A stretch of DNA of 39,747 bases from Escherichia phage Vec13, in the sequence record NC_048023.1; one strand, 5' to 3'. Position 1 is the first letter of the stretch. Each line of letters starts with the position of its first letter. Made by a program: the position numbers and the translations under genes. This document shows, one piece after another, positions 1 to 8,057 of this stretch. Below the pieces are notes generated by a model. It did not search any database. It was not told the origin of the DNA and saw only the letters and a list, made by a program, of their open reading frames with translations.

Positions 1-179
1 TCTCACAGTTCAAGAACCTCAAGTCTCCCCATAGGCCCTCTTTAAGTCCAGACCAAAGGCCCTACCCCAGTCTATCATAAGGTTAGACCGATGGTCAAGA
101 CTTCAGGTCAACGATAGGTGGTGACTATGGCTTAGGGAAGGACGATAGGTGGTGACTATAGGTCTGTCTTTGAGTCTCT
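1..179. repeat. Left direct terminal repeat (DTR), identical to 39569..39747
   Basis: First 179 nt are repeated exactly at the right end of the window; T7-like genomes carry 150-250 bp DTRs. Confidence 0.9.
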
Positions 180-200
180 ATCTGTATCAGACCTTGAGTC

Positions 201-245
201 ACTACCTACAGTCTAACTACCTACAGTCTAACTACCTACAGTCAT
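201..245. repeat. Tandem 15-bp repeats (actacctacagtcta x3) just inside left DTR; further cctacagt copies to about 294
   Basis: Direct reading; similar cctacagt/cctacggt motifs recur at 39490..39540 next to the right DTR, analogous to T7 concatemer-junction short repeats. Confidence 0.7.
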
Positions 246-400
246 AGACCATCGGTAATGCCACTACCTACAGTCAGAGACCTACAGTTAATAGACACAA
301 AGGATATAGACTTAAGGTCTAAGACATGTTAGTCAAAGACTATATCCTCTTACACCAAGGGGCCGACGATAGCTTAATCAATATTATTTCAAATTACCTA

Positions 401-429
401 TTGACTACAGGTCCAGACTATGGCTTAAT
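401..429 (+). promoter_or_regulatory. Putative host sigma70 early promoter (TTGACT-N17-cTTAAT with upstream TG)
   Basis: -35 TTGACT at 401-406, extended -10-like TGgCTTAAT at 421-429; position matches T7 A1-A3 early promoter region. Confidence 0.35.
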
Positions 430-710
430 AGCTTCCGTCAACACGACACGGTAACAACCGGATAGTGAAGACGCCTGGTCATCCAGGTTAAGTAGACAGC
501 CTGATAAGTCATACGAACAACAGGCAGATGACAATAAGGTAGTAAGGTCGCTGAGGGCTTCCACTTCAGCAGGTCGGAAAGGTCCTAAAACCTAACGAGA
601 GTCTGACCAGCTCGCCAAGTCTGCCACTGAGGTGGATAACCAGAGGAGGCAACGTGTCGCCCACTGAGGGGCTACAGCTCACGGTTTAGGTTAACAGGCT
701 AAACAAATGC

Positions 711-739
711 TTGACAAGATGTAACGATAAGATGTAAGC
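711..739 (+). promoter_or_regulatory. Putative host sigma70 early promoter (TTGACA with weak -10)
   Basis: Perfect -35 TTGACA at 711-716; candidate -10 TGTAAG/GTAAGC 16-17 nt downstream; location comparable to T7 A3. Confidence 0.3.
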
Positions 740-854
740 TGTACCACATCGAAACAACGGTGATGACCAACACTGAAATGGTCTACCTGAAGTCCTCTGA
801 CTGAAGGGAATGCTCTTTAACAATCTGGATAAACTCTTAATGTGCGCCGATAGC

Positions 855-912
855 GACTAACTACAGGGCCTTTGAGTCTACATCTGAAGGCCCTGACTGA
901 TAGTCACTAACA
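855..912 (+). promoter_or_regulatory. RNase III-like processing hairpin preceding first early gene
   Basis: Perfect 9-bp stem cagggcctt/aaggccctg with flanking conserved ctgactgatagtcactaac element shared with 1207..1260 and 1524..1577; T7 R0.3 lies at the equivalent place. Confidence 0.5.
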
Positions 913-929
913 ACCTAAGAGGATTCATT

Positions 930-1208
930 ATGAGACTGAACAAAGCTACAGCAGAAGCCTTTCGCAAGGAGCTTGAATCAAGATTATTGCGTGGAGTGAA
1001 GGAAGAAGCCGCGCGTTATAAAGAGAACGGTCTAACGTTCAAGCGCTTCATGTGGGATTGCTATCGTGGAGTGGGCCATAAGAAGTCGCAGGATATAATC
1101 ATCAGTAACAATACGGAAGTGCAAGTGGTGGGAGGATATATGACTAACGTGAAGGATTCACACATAGAGACCATGCTCAAGAATGCACTTAAAGATGTAG
1201 CCTACTAG
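930..1208 (+). CDS. Hypothetical early protein (92 aa), upstream of ocr
   Basis: ORF with SD aagagga 7 nt upstream of ATG; preceded by RNase III-like hairpin; no homolog recognised. Confidence 0.6.
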   Translation: MRLNKATAEAFRKELESRLLRGVKEEAARYKENGLTFKRFMWDCYRGVGHKKSQDIIISNNTEVQVVGGYMTNVKDSHIETMLKNALKDVAY

Positions 1209-1260
1209 TGATTAACTACAGGTCGTTAGACTGATAGCGGCCTGACTGATAGTCACTAAC
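1207..1260 (+). promoter_or_regulatory. RNase III-like processing hairpin (stem-bubble-stem)
   Basis: Inner stem caggtcg/cggcctg (one G-U), outer stem gtgatta/tagtcac; near-identical copy at 1524..1577. Confidence 0.5.
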
Positions 1261-1267
1261 TTAACGG

Positions 1268-1522
1268 ATGGACACTATGAAACACTTAAGCACAATCACT
1301 AATCACAATGAAGTATTCGTGAACACTAAAGGTTATGCGTGGATTCAGCTTAAAGAGATGAGAGGAGCGCGTCACCGTGTGGTAGTTCGCAAGGTCTCAA
1401 GCAAGCCGTTCAGCAACTACAGCGTAGATATTGTGCGTATAGACAACGAGACTTACCTGATAGACTCGCAGATAACCGTGAGTCCTACAGCGGGAATCTC
1501 AGCTCCTTATTTCGCTAACTGA
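1268..1522 (+). CDS. Hypothetical early protein (84 aa)
   Basis: ORF between two RNase III-like hairpins in the early region; alternative start at 1277; no homolog recognised. Confidence 0.55.
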   Translation: MDTMKHLSTITNHNEVFVNTKGYAWIQLKEMRGARHRVVVRKVSSKPFSNYSVDIVRIDNETYLIDSQITVSPTAGISAPYFAN

Positions 1523-1523
1523 G

Positions 1524-1577
1524 AGTGATTAACTACAGGTCGTTAGAATCATAGCGGCCTGACTGATAGTCACTAAC
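1524..1577 (+). promoter_or_regulatory. RNase III-like processing hairpin preceding ocr
   Basis: Second copy of the 1207..1260 element (differs at 3 positions in the loop). Confidence 0.5.
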
Positions 1578-1609
1578 ATACACACAAACAACTTTGAGAG
1601 GATATAACT

Positions 1610-1942
1610 ATGGAACGTAACGCTAACGCATACTATGAGCTGCTGGCTGCAACCGTTAAATGCTTCAACGAGCGTATTCAGTACGACGAAATAGCTGAAG
1701 GCGATGATTACCACGATGCGCTGCATGAGGTCGTAGACGGTAAGGTTCCGCACTATTACCACGAGATTTTCACGGTGATGGCTGCTGATGGTATAGACCA
1801 CGAGTTCGAAGACTCTGGGCTGATGCCTGAAACCAAGGACGTAACGCGTATACTACAAGCTCGCATCTATGAGGCGCTTTATAACGATGTGCTTAATAAC
1901 TCGGATGTGGTCTGGTTTGAGGCTGAAGAGGACTGCGAGTGA
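1610..1942 (+). CDS. ocr: Ocr-like DNA-mimic anti-restriction protein (T7 gp0.3 homolog)
   Basis: 110 aa; motif [43 protein letters not shown] closely matches T7 Ocr ([43 protein letters not shown]); acidic; SD gagagga. Confidence 0.9.
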   Translation: MERNANAYYELLAATVKCFNERIQYDEIAEGDDYHDALHEVVDGKVPHYYHEIFTVMAADGIDHEFEDSGLMPETKDVTRILQARIYEALYNDVLNNSDVVWFEAEEDCE

Positions 1943-2097
1943 TGGTAACTTATGGTCTCTGCCAGCACCATGTAGCCAACGCCCGGATTATGGTCAAGAC
2001 CGGGCAGTTAAACCATGATGCGGCTATGCGTCACCTGAAAGCGGTCTATGAGGGCCGCAAGCGTATACACGACAGTTTGCACGCTGAGGACAAGTAA
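1942..2097 (+). CDS. Small hypothetical early protein (51 aa)
   Basis: ATG overlaps ocr stop (tgATG); SD gagga 8 nt upstream; below ORF-track length cutoff; position analogous to T7 0.4-0.6 small genes. Confidence 0.35.
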   Translation: MVTYGLCQHHVANARIMVKTGQLNHDAAMRHLKAVYEGRKRIHDSLHAEDK

Positions 2098-2098
2098 C

Positions 2099-2224
2099 AT
2101 GTACCAGATAACTTATAGCAGTGAACAGGCGTTCTACGATGGGTGCTACGAGATGATGAAGCGCGGGGCTTGCTACGTGGCTAATCACCATAGCCTGACC
2201 ATAACGCTGACAGGTGGGTACTGA
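2099..2224 (+). CDS. Small hypothetical early protein (41 aa)
   Basis: Starts 1 nt after previous stop; SD gagga upstream; tightly packed. Confidence 0.3.
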   Translation: MYQITYSSEQAFYDGCYEMMKRGACYVANHHSLTITLTGGY

Positions 2225-2227
2225 GTG

Positions 2228-2265
2228 ATAGACGAGAGGTCATCGACTGATAGGTGGCCTCAAAG
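2228..2265 (+). promoter_or_regulatory. RNase III-like hairpin (aggtcat ... gtggcct motif)
   Basis: gaggtca pairs with tggcctc (one G-U); same aggtca/tggcct core as hairpins at 6084, 13374, 36491. Confidence 0.4.
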
Positions 2266-2295
2266 ATTACCACTTGCATTGATAGGAGAATTACT

Positions 2296-2463
2296 ATGAA
2301 ATTTACAATCATCGCACTTTACGTAACCATTATTCTATCTTGGCTTACTGCGGTGCTCACTGATGGTAACGCATTACGACTGGGCTGGCTGGCAGTGGAC
2401 ATTATATTCTCTCCGGTAGGTGTCGTGCGCGGCATCTTGATGTGGATTGGACTGGCGGGATAA
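2296..2463 (+). CDS. Small hydrophobic (2-TM) early membrane protein (55 aa from ATG at 2296)
   Basis: SD ataggag then ATG; sequence MKFTIIALYVTIILSWLTAVL...VGVVRGILMWIGLAG is two predicted TM helices; ORF track gives longer 2254 start without RBS. Confidence 0.55.
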   Translation: MKFTIIALYVTIILSWLTAVLTDGNALRLGWLAVDIIFSPVGVVRGILMWIGLAG

Positions 2464-2466
2464 ACT

Positions 2467-2667
2467 ATGAGTCTTGCACTATTGATAGCCATAGGCTATG
2501 GACTTATCGCCTACGTGCTGGTGAGAGACATCAACAAAGCGCGTAAAGTCTACAAATTAAACTATGTACGTCTGGGCCGCTGGACTGTACGTCAACCTAA
2601 CGGACGATTCATGCGTAACTTAGCGAACGTCTGGGATATAGCAACACTTGGGAGCAAACTACAATGA
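2467..2667 (+). CDS. Small early membrane protein (66 aa, N-terminal TM helix)
   Basis: MSLALLIAIGYGLIAYVLV hydrophobic N-terminus followed by basic tail; starts 4 nt after previous stop. Confidence 0.5.
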   Translation: MSLALLIAIGYGLIAYVLVRDINKARKVYKLNYVRLGRWTVRQPNGRFMRNLANVWDIATLGSKLQ

Positions 2668-2990
2668 ACAAGTCATACGGGATTAATCTGGTACACTCTA
2701 TGGATGCAGACATGCAAATGTTAAGCCTACTGGCTACCGGGTATCGTCACGGAACGTCAAGTCACTCCGCACGTCAACAGCAGGAGAGGGACCGGGTACT
2801 ACAAGCAAGACTCAGGGCGGAGGGCCATAAGTCCGAACTGATGTGTCTGGCGTATGGTGGACGACCAATCACTGACGATGGTAAACTTCTGGTCTCAGGC
2901 TGGAAGGCGATAGACCAACGGTCAACCATCAAGCACACGACTCATGGTGACTTCAGTCATCTTCACGCTAACCCTCTGATATGCAAGTGA
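2664..2990 (+). CDS. Hypothetical early protein (108 aa) occupying the position of T7 gene 0.7
   Basis: ORF overlapping previous stop by 4 nt; no protein kinase motifs; unknown function. Confidence 0.5.
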   Translation: MNKSYGINLVHSMDADMQMLSLLATGYRHGTSSHSARQQQERDRVLQARLRAEGHKSELMCLAYGGRPITDDGKLLVSGWKAIDQRSTIKHTTHGDFSHLHANPLICK

Positions 2991-2995
2991 TTCTG

Positions 2996-3018
2996 ACTTA
3001 ACTATCACTATAGGACTC
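2996..3018 (+). promoter_or_regulatory. Phage RNAP promoter immediately upstream of the RNAP gene
   Basis: cttaACTATCACTATAGGAct matches the 11-copy phage promoter consensus; +1 G at 3013. Confidence 0.7.
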
Positions 3019-3087
3019 AAGGTCTAAGACTCCAAGTGAAAGACCAAAGAGACTTTAAGTGAAAGACTAATAACAAGGACTTTAAGT

Positions 3088-5769
3088 ATGAGCGTCATCT
3101 CTATTGATAAACACGACTTCTCTGATGTGTCGAACGCCATTGAGCCGTTTAACCTGCTGGCCGACCACTACGGGCAAGACCTTGCAGTCAAACAGCTTCA
3201 GCTTGAGCATGAGGCATACACTGAAGGCGAGCGACGTTTCATCAAAAACCTTGAGCGACAGACTGAGCGCGGGGAACTGGCAGACAATCAGGTCGCCAAG
3301 CCTTTGATGCAGACTCTGGTTCCTAAGATTGCGCAAGCCGTCAAGGAGTGGCACGAAGGTCCAGACGGGAAGCTGTCAACCTCACGTCCGAGCGTAGCGT
3401 TCACCATGTTAAGCACTGAAGAGAAGGCCGTCAAGGACCGCTCTCTTCGCATCTCCTGCGAGTCTGCTGCGGTTATCATACTGAAGGTCATCCTCTCCAA
3501 GCTGGTCAAGCCTGAAGGTATACCGATTACACCGATGGCCTCCGCGATAGGTCGCACACTTGAGGATGAAATCCGATTCGGTCGCATTCGTGACAAGGAG
3601 AAGGAGCACTTCAAGAAGGCGATAGCTGATAACCTGAACAAGAGAGCCGGGGCATCATACAAGAAAGCCTACATGCAAGCGGTCGAGACATCCATGCTGG
3701 AGCAAGGCCAACTAGAAGATGCGTGGGGAACTTGGAGTCCGACCGAGGCTGTCCACGTTGGAATCAAGATGCTGGAGATTGTCATACAGTCAACACAACT
3801 GGTCGAGCTTAAGCGTTACGGTGCTGGCAATGCAGCGGCTGACGTTGAGATGGTCCACCTGTCAGACTTCTGGGTCAAGAAGATGGCACAACGCGGCTTC
3901 AGCCTTGCGGGTATCGCTCCAGTCTACCAACCTTGCGTAGTTCCACCTAAGCCGTGGACTGGTGTCGTAGGCGGTGGGTACTGGGCCAAAGGTCGCAGAC
4001 CATTACCACTGATTCGCTTAGGGTCTAAGTCTGCGGTGGCACGTTACGAAGACGTGTATATGCCTGAAGTATATGACGCTGTTAACATCATCCAGAATAC
4101 ACCTTGGAAAGTAAACAAGAAGGTTCTTGACGTGGTGAACATGGTCGAGAAGTTGAACAACACGCCTATTGATGACATCCCTCAGATGGAGCCACTGAAG
4201 CCTGAAGACTATGCGGGTGAGACTGAAGAGGAACTCAAGGCATGGAAGAAGGCTGCTGCTGGTATCTACCGCCGAGAGAAGGCCCGGCAGTCACGTAGAT
4301 TGTCACTGAGCTTTATCGTTAACCAAGCGAACAAGTTCTCTCAGTTCAAGGCCATCTGGTTCCCGTACAACATGGACTGGCGCGGTCGCGTCTACGCTGT
4401 GCCGATGTTCAACCCTCAGGGTAACGACATGCAAAAGGGTCTCCTGACTCTGGCAGTCGGTAAGCCTATTGGTGCTGATGGTTTCAAATGGCTGAAGGTC
4501 CACGGTGCAAACTGTGCGGGTATTGATAAAGTAACCTTCGAGGAGCGCATCAAGTGGGTGGAAGATAACCACGACAACATCATGGCTACCGCTAAGGCAC
4601 CGATGGACAGCATTGAGTGGTGGGGGAAGTTAGACTCTCCTTTCTGCTTCCTTGCGTTCTGCTTCGAGTATGCTGGCGTGATGCACCACGGATTGTCTTA
4701 CTCCTGCTCGCTGCCGATAGCTTTCGATGGGTCCTGCTCTGGGATTCAGCACTTCAGCGCTATGCTTCGTGACCACATCGGTGGACATGCAGTAAACCTG
4801 ACGCCTTCCGGTAAGGTCCAAGACATCTACCGCATCGTGTCTGACCGCATTGAGGAAGAGCTTAAAGTCCTGCTGGTTAACGGCACGGACAACGAGATGG
4901 TAACTCACGAGGACAAGAAAACTGGTGAGATTACCGAGCGTCTCAAGCTGGGGACACGAGAGCTGGCCCGTCAGTGGCTGACCTACGGTATGTCACGAAA
5001 GGTCACTAAGCGCTCAGTCATGACTCTGGCCTACGGGTCGAAAGAGTACGGATTCGCAGACCAAGTATACGAGGACATCGTGATGCCAGCGATTGACTCA
5101 GGGTCTGGCGCTATGTTCACTGAACCAAGCCAAGCATCTCGCTTCATGGCTAAGATGATTTGGGAAGCTGTGAGTGTGACCGTAGTTGCTGCGGTTGACG
5201 CGATGAAATGGCTTCAGGGTGCTGCCAAGCTGCTGGCGGCTGAAGTGAAGGACAAGAAGACGGGTGAAATCCTGAAGCCTTGCCTTCCGGTACACTGGGT
5301 CACACCTGATGGGTTCCCGGTCTGGCAGGAATACCGCAAGAAGGATACCACTCGTCTGAATCTGATGTTCTTAGGGTCATTCAACCTTCAGCCTACCGTC
5401 AACAAAGGCACGAAGAAAGAGCTGGATAAGCACAAGCAGGAGTCAGGCATTAGCCCGAACTTCGTCCACTCACAAGATGGTAGCCACCTCCGCAAGACTG
5501 TAGTCCATACTCACCGCAAGTATGGCGTGATGTCGTTCGCAGTGATTCACGATAGCTTCGGGACCATCCCGGCTGACGCTGAGTATCTGTTCCGTGGGGT
5601 CCGTGAGACTATGGTCGAGACCTACCGCGACAACGATGTGCTGCTTGACTTCTACGAGCAGTTTGAATACCAGCTTCACGAGAGCCAGCGCGATAAGTTG
5701 CCAGAGCTTCCGAAGAAAGGTAAACTGAATATCGAAGACATCTTGTCTTCAGACTTTGCATTCGCTTAA
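3088..5769 (+). CDS. Single-subunit DNA-directed RNA polymerase (T7 gp1 homolog)
   Basis: 893 aa; long colinear identity with T7 RNAP incl. FPYNMDWRGRVYAV, LPIAFDGSCSGIQHFSAMLRD, VHSQDGSHLRKTV, HDSFGT, C-terminal FAFA. Confidence 0.98.
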   Translation: MSVISIDKHDFSDVSNAIEPFNLLADHYGQDLAVKQLQLEHEAYTEGERRFIKNLERQTERGELADNQVAKPLMQTLVPKIAQAVKEWHEGPDGKLSTSRPSVAFTMLSTEEKAVKDRSLRISCESAAVIILKVILSKLVKPEGIPITPMASAIGRTLEDEIRFGRIRDKEKEHFKKAIADNLNKRAGASYKKAYMQAVETSMLEQGQLEDAWGTWSPTEAVHVGIKMLEIVIQSTQLVELKRYGAGNAAADVEMVHLSDFWVKKMAQRGFSLAGIAPVYQPCVVPPKPWTGVVGGGYWAKGRRPLPLIRLGSKSAVARYEDVYMPEVYDAVNIIQNTPWKVNKKVLDVVNMVEKLNNTPIDDIPQMEPLKPEDYAGETEEELKAWKKAAAGIYRREKARQSRRLSLSFIVNQANKFSQFKAIWFPYNMDWRGRVYAVPMFNPQGNDMQKGLLTLAVGKPIGADGFKWLKVHGANCAGIDKVTFEERIKWVEDNHDNIMATAKAPMDSIEWWGKLDSPFCFLAFCFEYAGVMHHGLSYSCSLPIAFDGSCSGIQHFSAMLRDHIGGHAVNLTPSGKVQDIYRIVSDRIEEELKVLLVNGTDNEMVTHEDKKTGEITERLKLGTRELARQWLTYGMSRKVTKRSVMTLAYGSKEYGFADQVYEDIVMPAIDSGSGAMFTEPSQASRFMAKMIWEAVSVTVVAAVDAMKWLQGAAKLLAAEVKDKKTGEILKPCLPVHWVTPDGFPVWQEYRKKDTTRLNLMFLGSFNLQPTVNKGTKKELDKHKQESGISPNFVHSQDGSHLRKTVVHTHRKYGVMSFAVIHDSFGTIPADAEYLFRGVRETMVETYRDNDVLLDFYEQFEYQLHESQRDKLPELPKKGKLNIEDILSSDFAFA

Positions 5770-5783
5770 CAGGAGAGAGAGCT

Positions 5784-5999
5784 ATGAAATTTGCACACAA
5801 GCATACTGGCGTTAATGGTGGGACTCAAATCGTGACCGTAACAGAACACAACGGCAAGGGTCTGGTGAAGACCACGGTCATCCCTACCGAGATGTCCAAG
5901 CAGCTTAACATCCCGTTCAAGACTCTTGTAGATCTGGTCGAGTCCAGCCACGAGAAGTACCTGAAGGACGCAGTGTCAAAACTGGAGCAGACCAAATGA
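5784..5999 (+). CDS. Hypothetical protein (71 aa) between RNAP gene and phi1.1-like promoter
   Basis: SD aggaga 7 nt upstream of ATG; no T7 counterpart recognised at this location. Confidence 0.5.
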   Translation: MKFAHKHTGVNGGTQIVTVTEHNGKGLVKTTVIPTEMSKQLNIPFKTLVDLVESSHEKYLKDAVSKLEQTK

Positions 6000-6063
6000 C
6001 AGACCTACAGTTGCTGGCCTTGTGGCTGGGAGCAATTGCAGTATTCACTTTAATCCAACGCAG

Positions 6064-6086
6064 AAGAGGTTAACCTAAACTATCAC
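6064..6086 (+). promoter_or_regulatory. Phage RNAP promoter (phi1.1-like; candidate primary replication origin region)
   Basis: cctaaACTATCACTATAGGatt; in T7 the phi1.1A/B promoters with adjacent AT-rich DNA form the primary origin. Confidence 0.8.
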
Positions 6087-6128
6087 TATAGGATTAGACT
6101 CAAGGTCATGACTCAAAGTCGTGGCCTT
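6084..6128 (+). promoter_or_regulatory. RNase III-like hairpin (conserved tagactcaaggtcat ... gtggccttcatgatta)
   Basis: One of three near-identical elements (also 13374..13418, 36491..36538); aaggtca pairs with tggcctt with a G-U. Confidence 0.55.
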
Positions 6129-6169
6129 CATGATTAACCCTAAATAAACACTACTGGAGATTTAACCGT

Positions 6170-6349
6170 ATGTATCAGAATACTATCAACTTCGAGCGCA
6201 TCCGTGAACGTCAGCAGACTGAAGGTTACATTCCTAAGGGCCGCAAGCTGAACAAGACTAAACGTGGAGGCGGCATCAAAGGTGCTTTCCGTAACGCTGA
6301 AGGTAAAGACTCTATGGTCAACCAAGAGAAATACTTCGTAGGAGCATAA
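6170..6349 (+). CDS. gp1.1-like small basic protein (59 aa)
   Basis: Contains KGRKLNKTKR as in T7 gp1.1; SD ggag; below ORF-track cutoff. Confidence 0.65.
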   Translation: MYQNTINFERIRERQQTEGYIPKGRKLNKTKRGGGIKGAFRNAEGKDSMVNQEKYFVGA

Positions 6350-6353
6350 CTCT

Positions 6354-6617
6354 ATGGGCCGACTTTATAGTGGCAACCTCAACGCTTTCAGAGCAGCGTG
6401 TAACAGGCTTTATCAGTTAGACTTCGCTGTTATATCTCAGGAGTTTCAAGACCATGTGTCACACCAAGAGTGCATGAAACTCAGGGTGGAGGACAGAACT
6501 GGTAACATCTTCGCGCTTGAGTCCTTCGCACACTACGATGACGACGTGCTGTATAATACTGCAACCGACTACCTCAACGGTCTCGCTGACCAACTAGACA
6601 CATGGAGCAAAGCATAA
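6354..6617 (+). CDS. gp1.2-like protein (host dGTPase inhibitor homolog)
   Basis: 87 aa; MGRLYSGNLNAFRAA...LDFAVI...KLRVEDRTGN matches T7 gp1.2 MGRLYSGNLAAFKAA...IRLRIEDRSGN. Confidence 0.85.
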   Translation: MGRLYSGNLNAFRAACNRLYQLDFAVISQEFQDHVSHQECMKLRVEDRTGNIFALESFAHYDDDVLYNTATDYLNGLADQLDTWSKA

Positions 6618-7639
6618 TGACAACTATCAAAACTAACCCGCACCGCGCTGTAGATTACTCTGAGTCTGGCATTAAGAAGGCACTGGAAGCAGCCGGGTCT
6701 CTGGAAGCTGAAGTGAAGTACGATGGTGTCCGGCTGAACCTTCCGGTGCTGCGAGAAGGTGAGACATACTGGTTAAGCCGTGAGTCTAAACCGCTGCCAG
6801 CACTGGAGTGGATGAACTCTGAGTTAGGGAATGCGTGGACTCAAGCTGACTGGCGATGGTTCCTGCGTCAAGCTGGATACGAAGGCGTGGGACTGATGAT
6901 TGACGGAGAGGTAATGGTCAAAGGCGTTGACTTCAACACATCATCGGGTCTCATCCGAACGAAGTGGCTGAAGCCTAGCAACGAGGAGTTCGCTGAATGC
7001 TATCCTGGACGTGGCAAGAAGGTCCCGTTCTGGGTCGCCCGGTCACGACTCAAGGTTGTGGTCTACGGCGTCGTCGATATGACAACCATTGCTGACCCGA
7101 AAGCCGAAGGTCCTATCCATAGCGTCACACGCCTGAAGGCCGAAGCTATCGTCCCTCTCCTTCAGAAATACTTCCCGGAAATCGACTGGGTTCTCTCTGA
7201 GAGTCATACAGTGTTCAACCTTGAGTCTCTTCGTGATTTGTACGAGGAGAAGCGATCAGATGGACATGAAGGTCTGGTAGTCAAGGACCCACTGGGCAAA
7301 TACAAGCGTGGTAAGAAGTCTGGTATGTGGAAGATGAAGCCAAGTGAAGAGGCAGATGGTCACGTTGTTCGCCCGGTGTGGGGAACAGAAGGTCTAGCCA
7401 ACGAAGGCATGGTCATCGGCTTTGACGTTATGCTCGAGAACGGGATGGAGGTCTCCGCAACTAACATTAGTCGCGCCCTTATGTCCGAGTTCACGGAGAA
7501 CGTTAAGTCAGACCCTGACTACTACAAGGGGTGGGCTTGCCAGATTACCTACATGGAGGAGACACCAGATGGCTCATTGCGACATCCCTCGTTCGACCAG
7601 TGGCGTGGAACTGAGGATAATCCTACAGTCAAGATTTAA
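6617..7639 (+). CDS. ATP-dependent DNA ligase (T7 gp1.3 homolog)
   Basis: MTTIKTNP start (T7 MMNIKTNP); catalytic EVKYDGVR lysine motif; GHEGLVVKDP, KRGKKSGMWKMKP, WACQITYMEETPDGSLRHPSF conserved; preferred start 6617 rather than track 6602. Confidence 0.95.
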   Translation: MTTIKTNPHRAVDYSESGIKKALEAAGSLEAEVKYDGVRLNLPVLREGETYWLSRESKPLPALEWMNSELGNAWTQADWRWFLRQAGYEGVGLMIDGEVMVKGVDFNTSSGLIRTKWLKPSNEEFAECYPGRGKKVPFWVARSRLKVVVYGVVDMTTIADPKAEGPIHSVTRLKAEAIVPLLQKYFPEIDWVLSESHTVFNLESLRDLYEEKRSDGHEGLVVKDPLGKYKRGKKSGMWKMKPSEEADGHVVRPVWGTEGLANEGMVIGFDVMLENGMEVSATNISRALMSEFTENVKSDPDYYKGWACQITYMEETPDGSLRHPSFDQWRGTEDNPTVKI

Positions 7640-7678
7640 AGTGGACGAAAGGTAGCCTTGAGAGATTCATTATAATGT

Positions 7679-7720
7679 CAACCCAGTGGTCTTAGGACTG
7701 CTGGGTTTCTTTGCTTTGTG
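7679..7720 (+). terminator. Putative early (host RNAP) terminator, TE-like
   Basis: Stem acccag/ctgggt followed by T-rich tttctttgctttgtg directly after ligase gene, where T7 TE lies. Confidence 0.45.
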
Positions 7721-7753
7721 CTAGCAAGCTATCGTCTGGGCCACCAGATAGAC

Positions 7754-7776
7754 CCTAAGCTATCACTATAGGACAA
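7754..7776 (+). promoter_or_regulatory. Phage RNAP promoter (variant, G at -13)
   Basis: ctaagCTATCACTATAGGaca; +1 G at 7771. Confidence 0.7.
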
Positions 7777-7802
7777 CCCTAACCGACCAAAGGAGAAACC
7801 TT

Positions 7803-8057
7803 ATGTCTAAAAACTTAATGTTCAACCGATTTACTCGAAGCTTCCACCTGTCGCATAGCCCATTCAGCTTCCATAAAGCTAATCAACCATTACCCCGCTT
7901 TGGTAAGACAGTGGCTCTGTCTCCTACAGTTCATGCGCTAGTCACCCGCAAGTCTATGCTGAATGCTATGGATAAAGAACAAATTGATGTACCTGTGGTC
8001 GTTACAAAATGGCCTCGCATTAAGCTGGCACTTCAGGTAATTAAGGAGGCGCTCTGA
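7803..8057 (+). CDS. Hypothetical protein (84 aa), gene 1.4-1.6 region
   Basis: SD aaaggag; follows phage promoter. Confidence 0.55.
   Translation: MSKNLMFNRFTRSFHLSHSPFSFHKANQPLPRFGKTVALSPTVHALVTRKSMLNAMDKEQIDVPVVVTKWPRIKLALQVIKEAL

Noticed and set aside
5996-6073. 25-codon hydrophobic ORF overlapping stop of 5784..5999
   Set aside because: Too short and overlaps the phi1.1-like promoter; likely fortuitous
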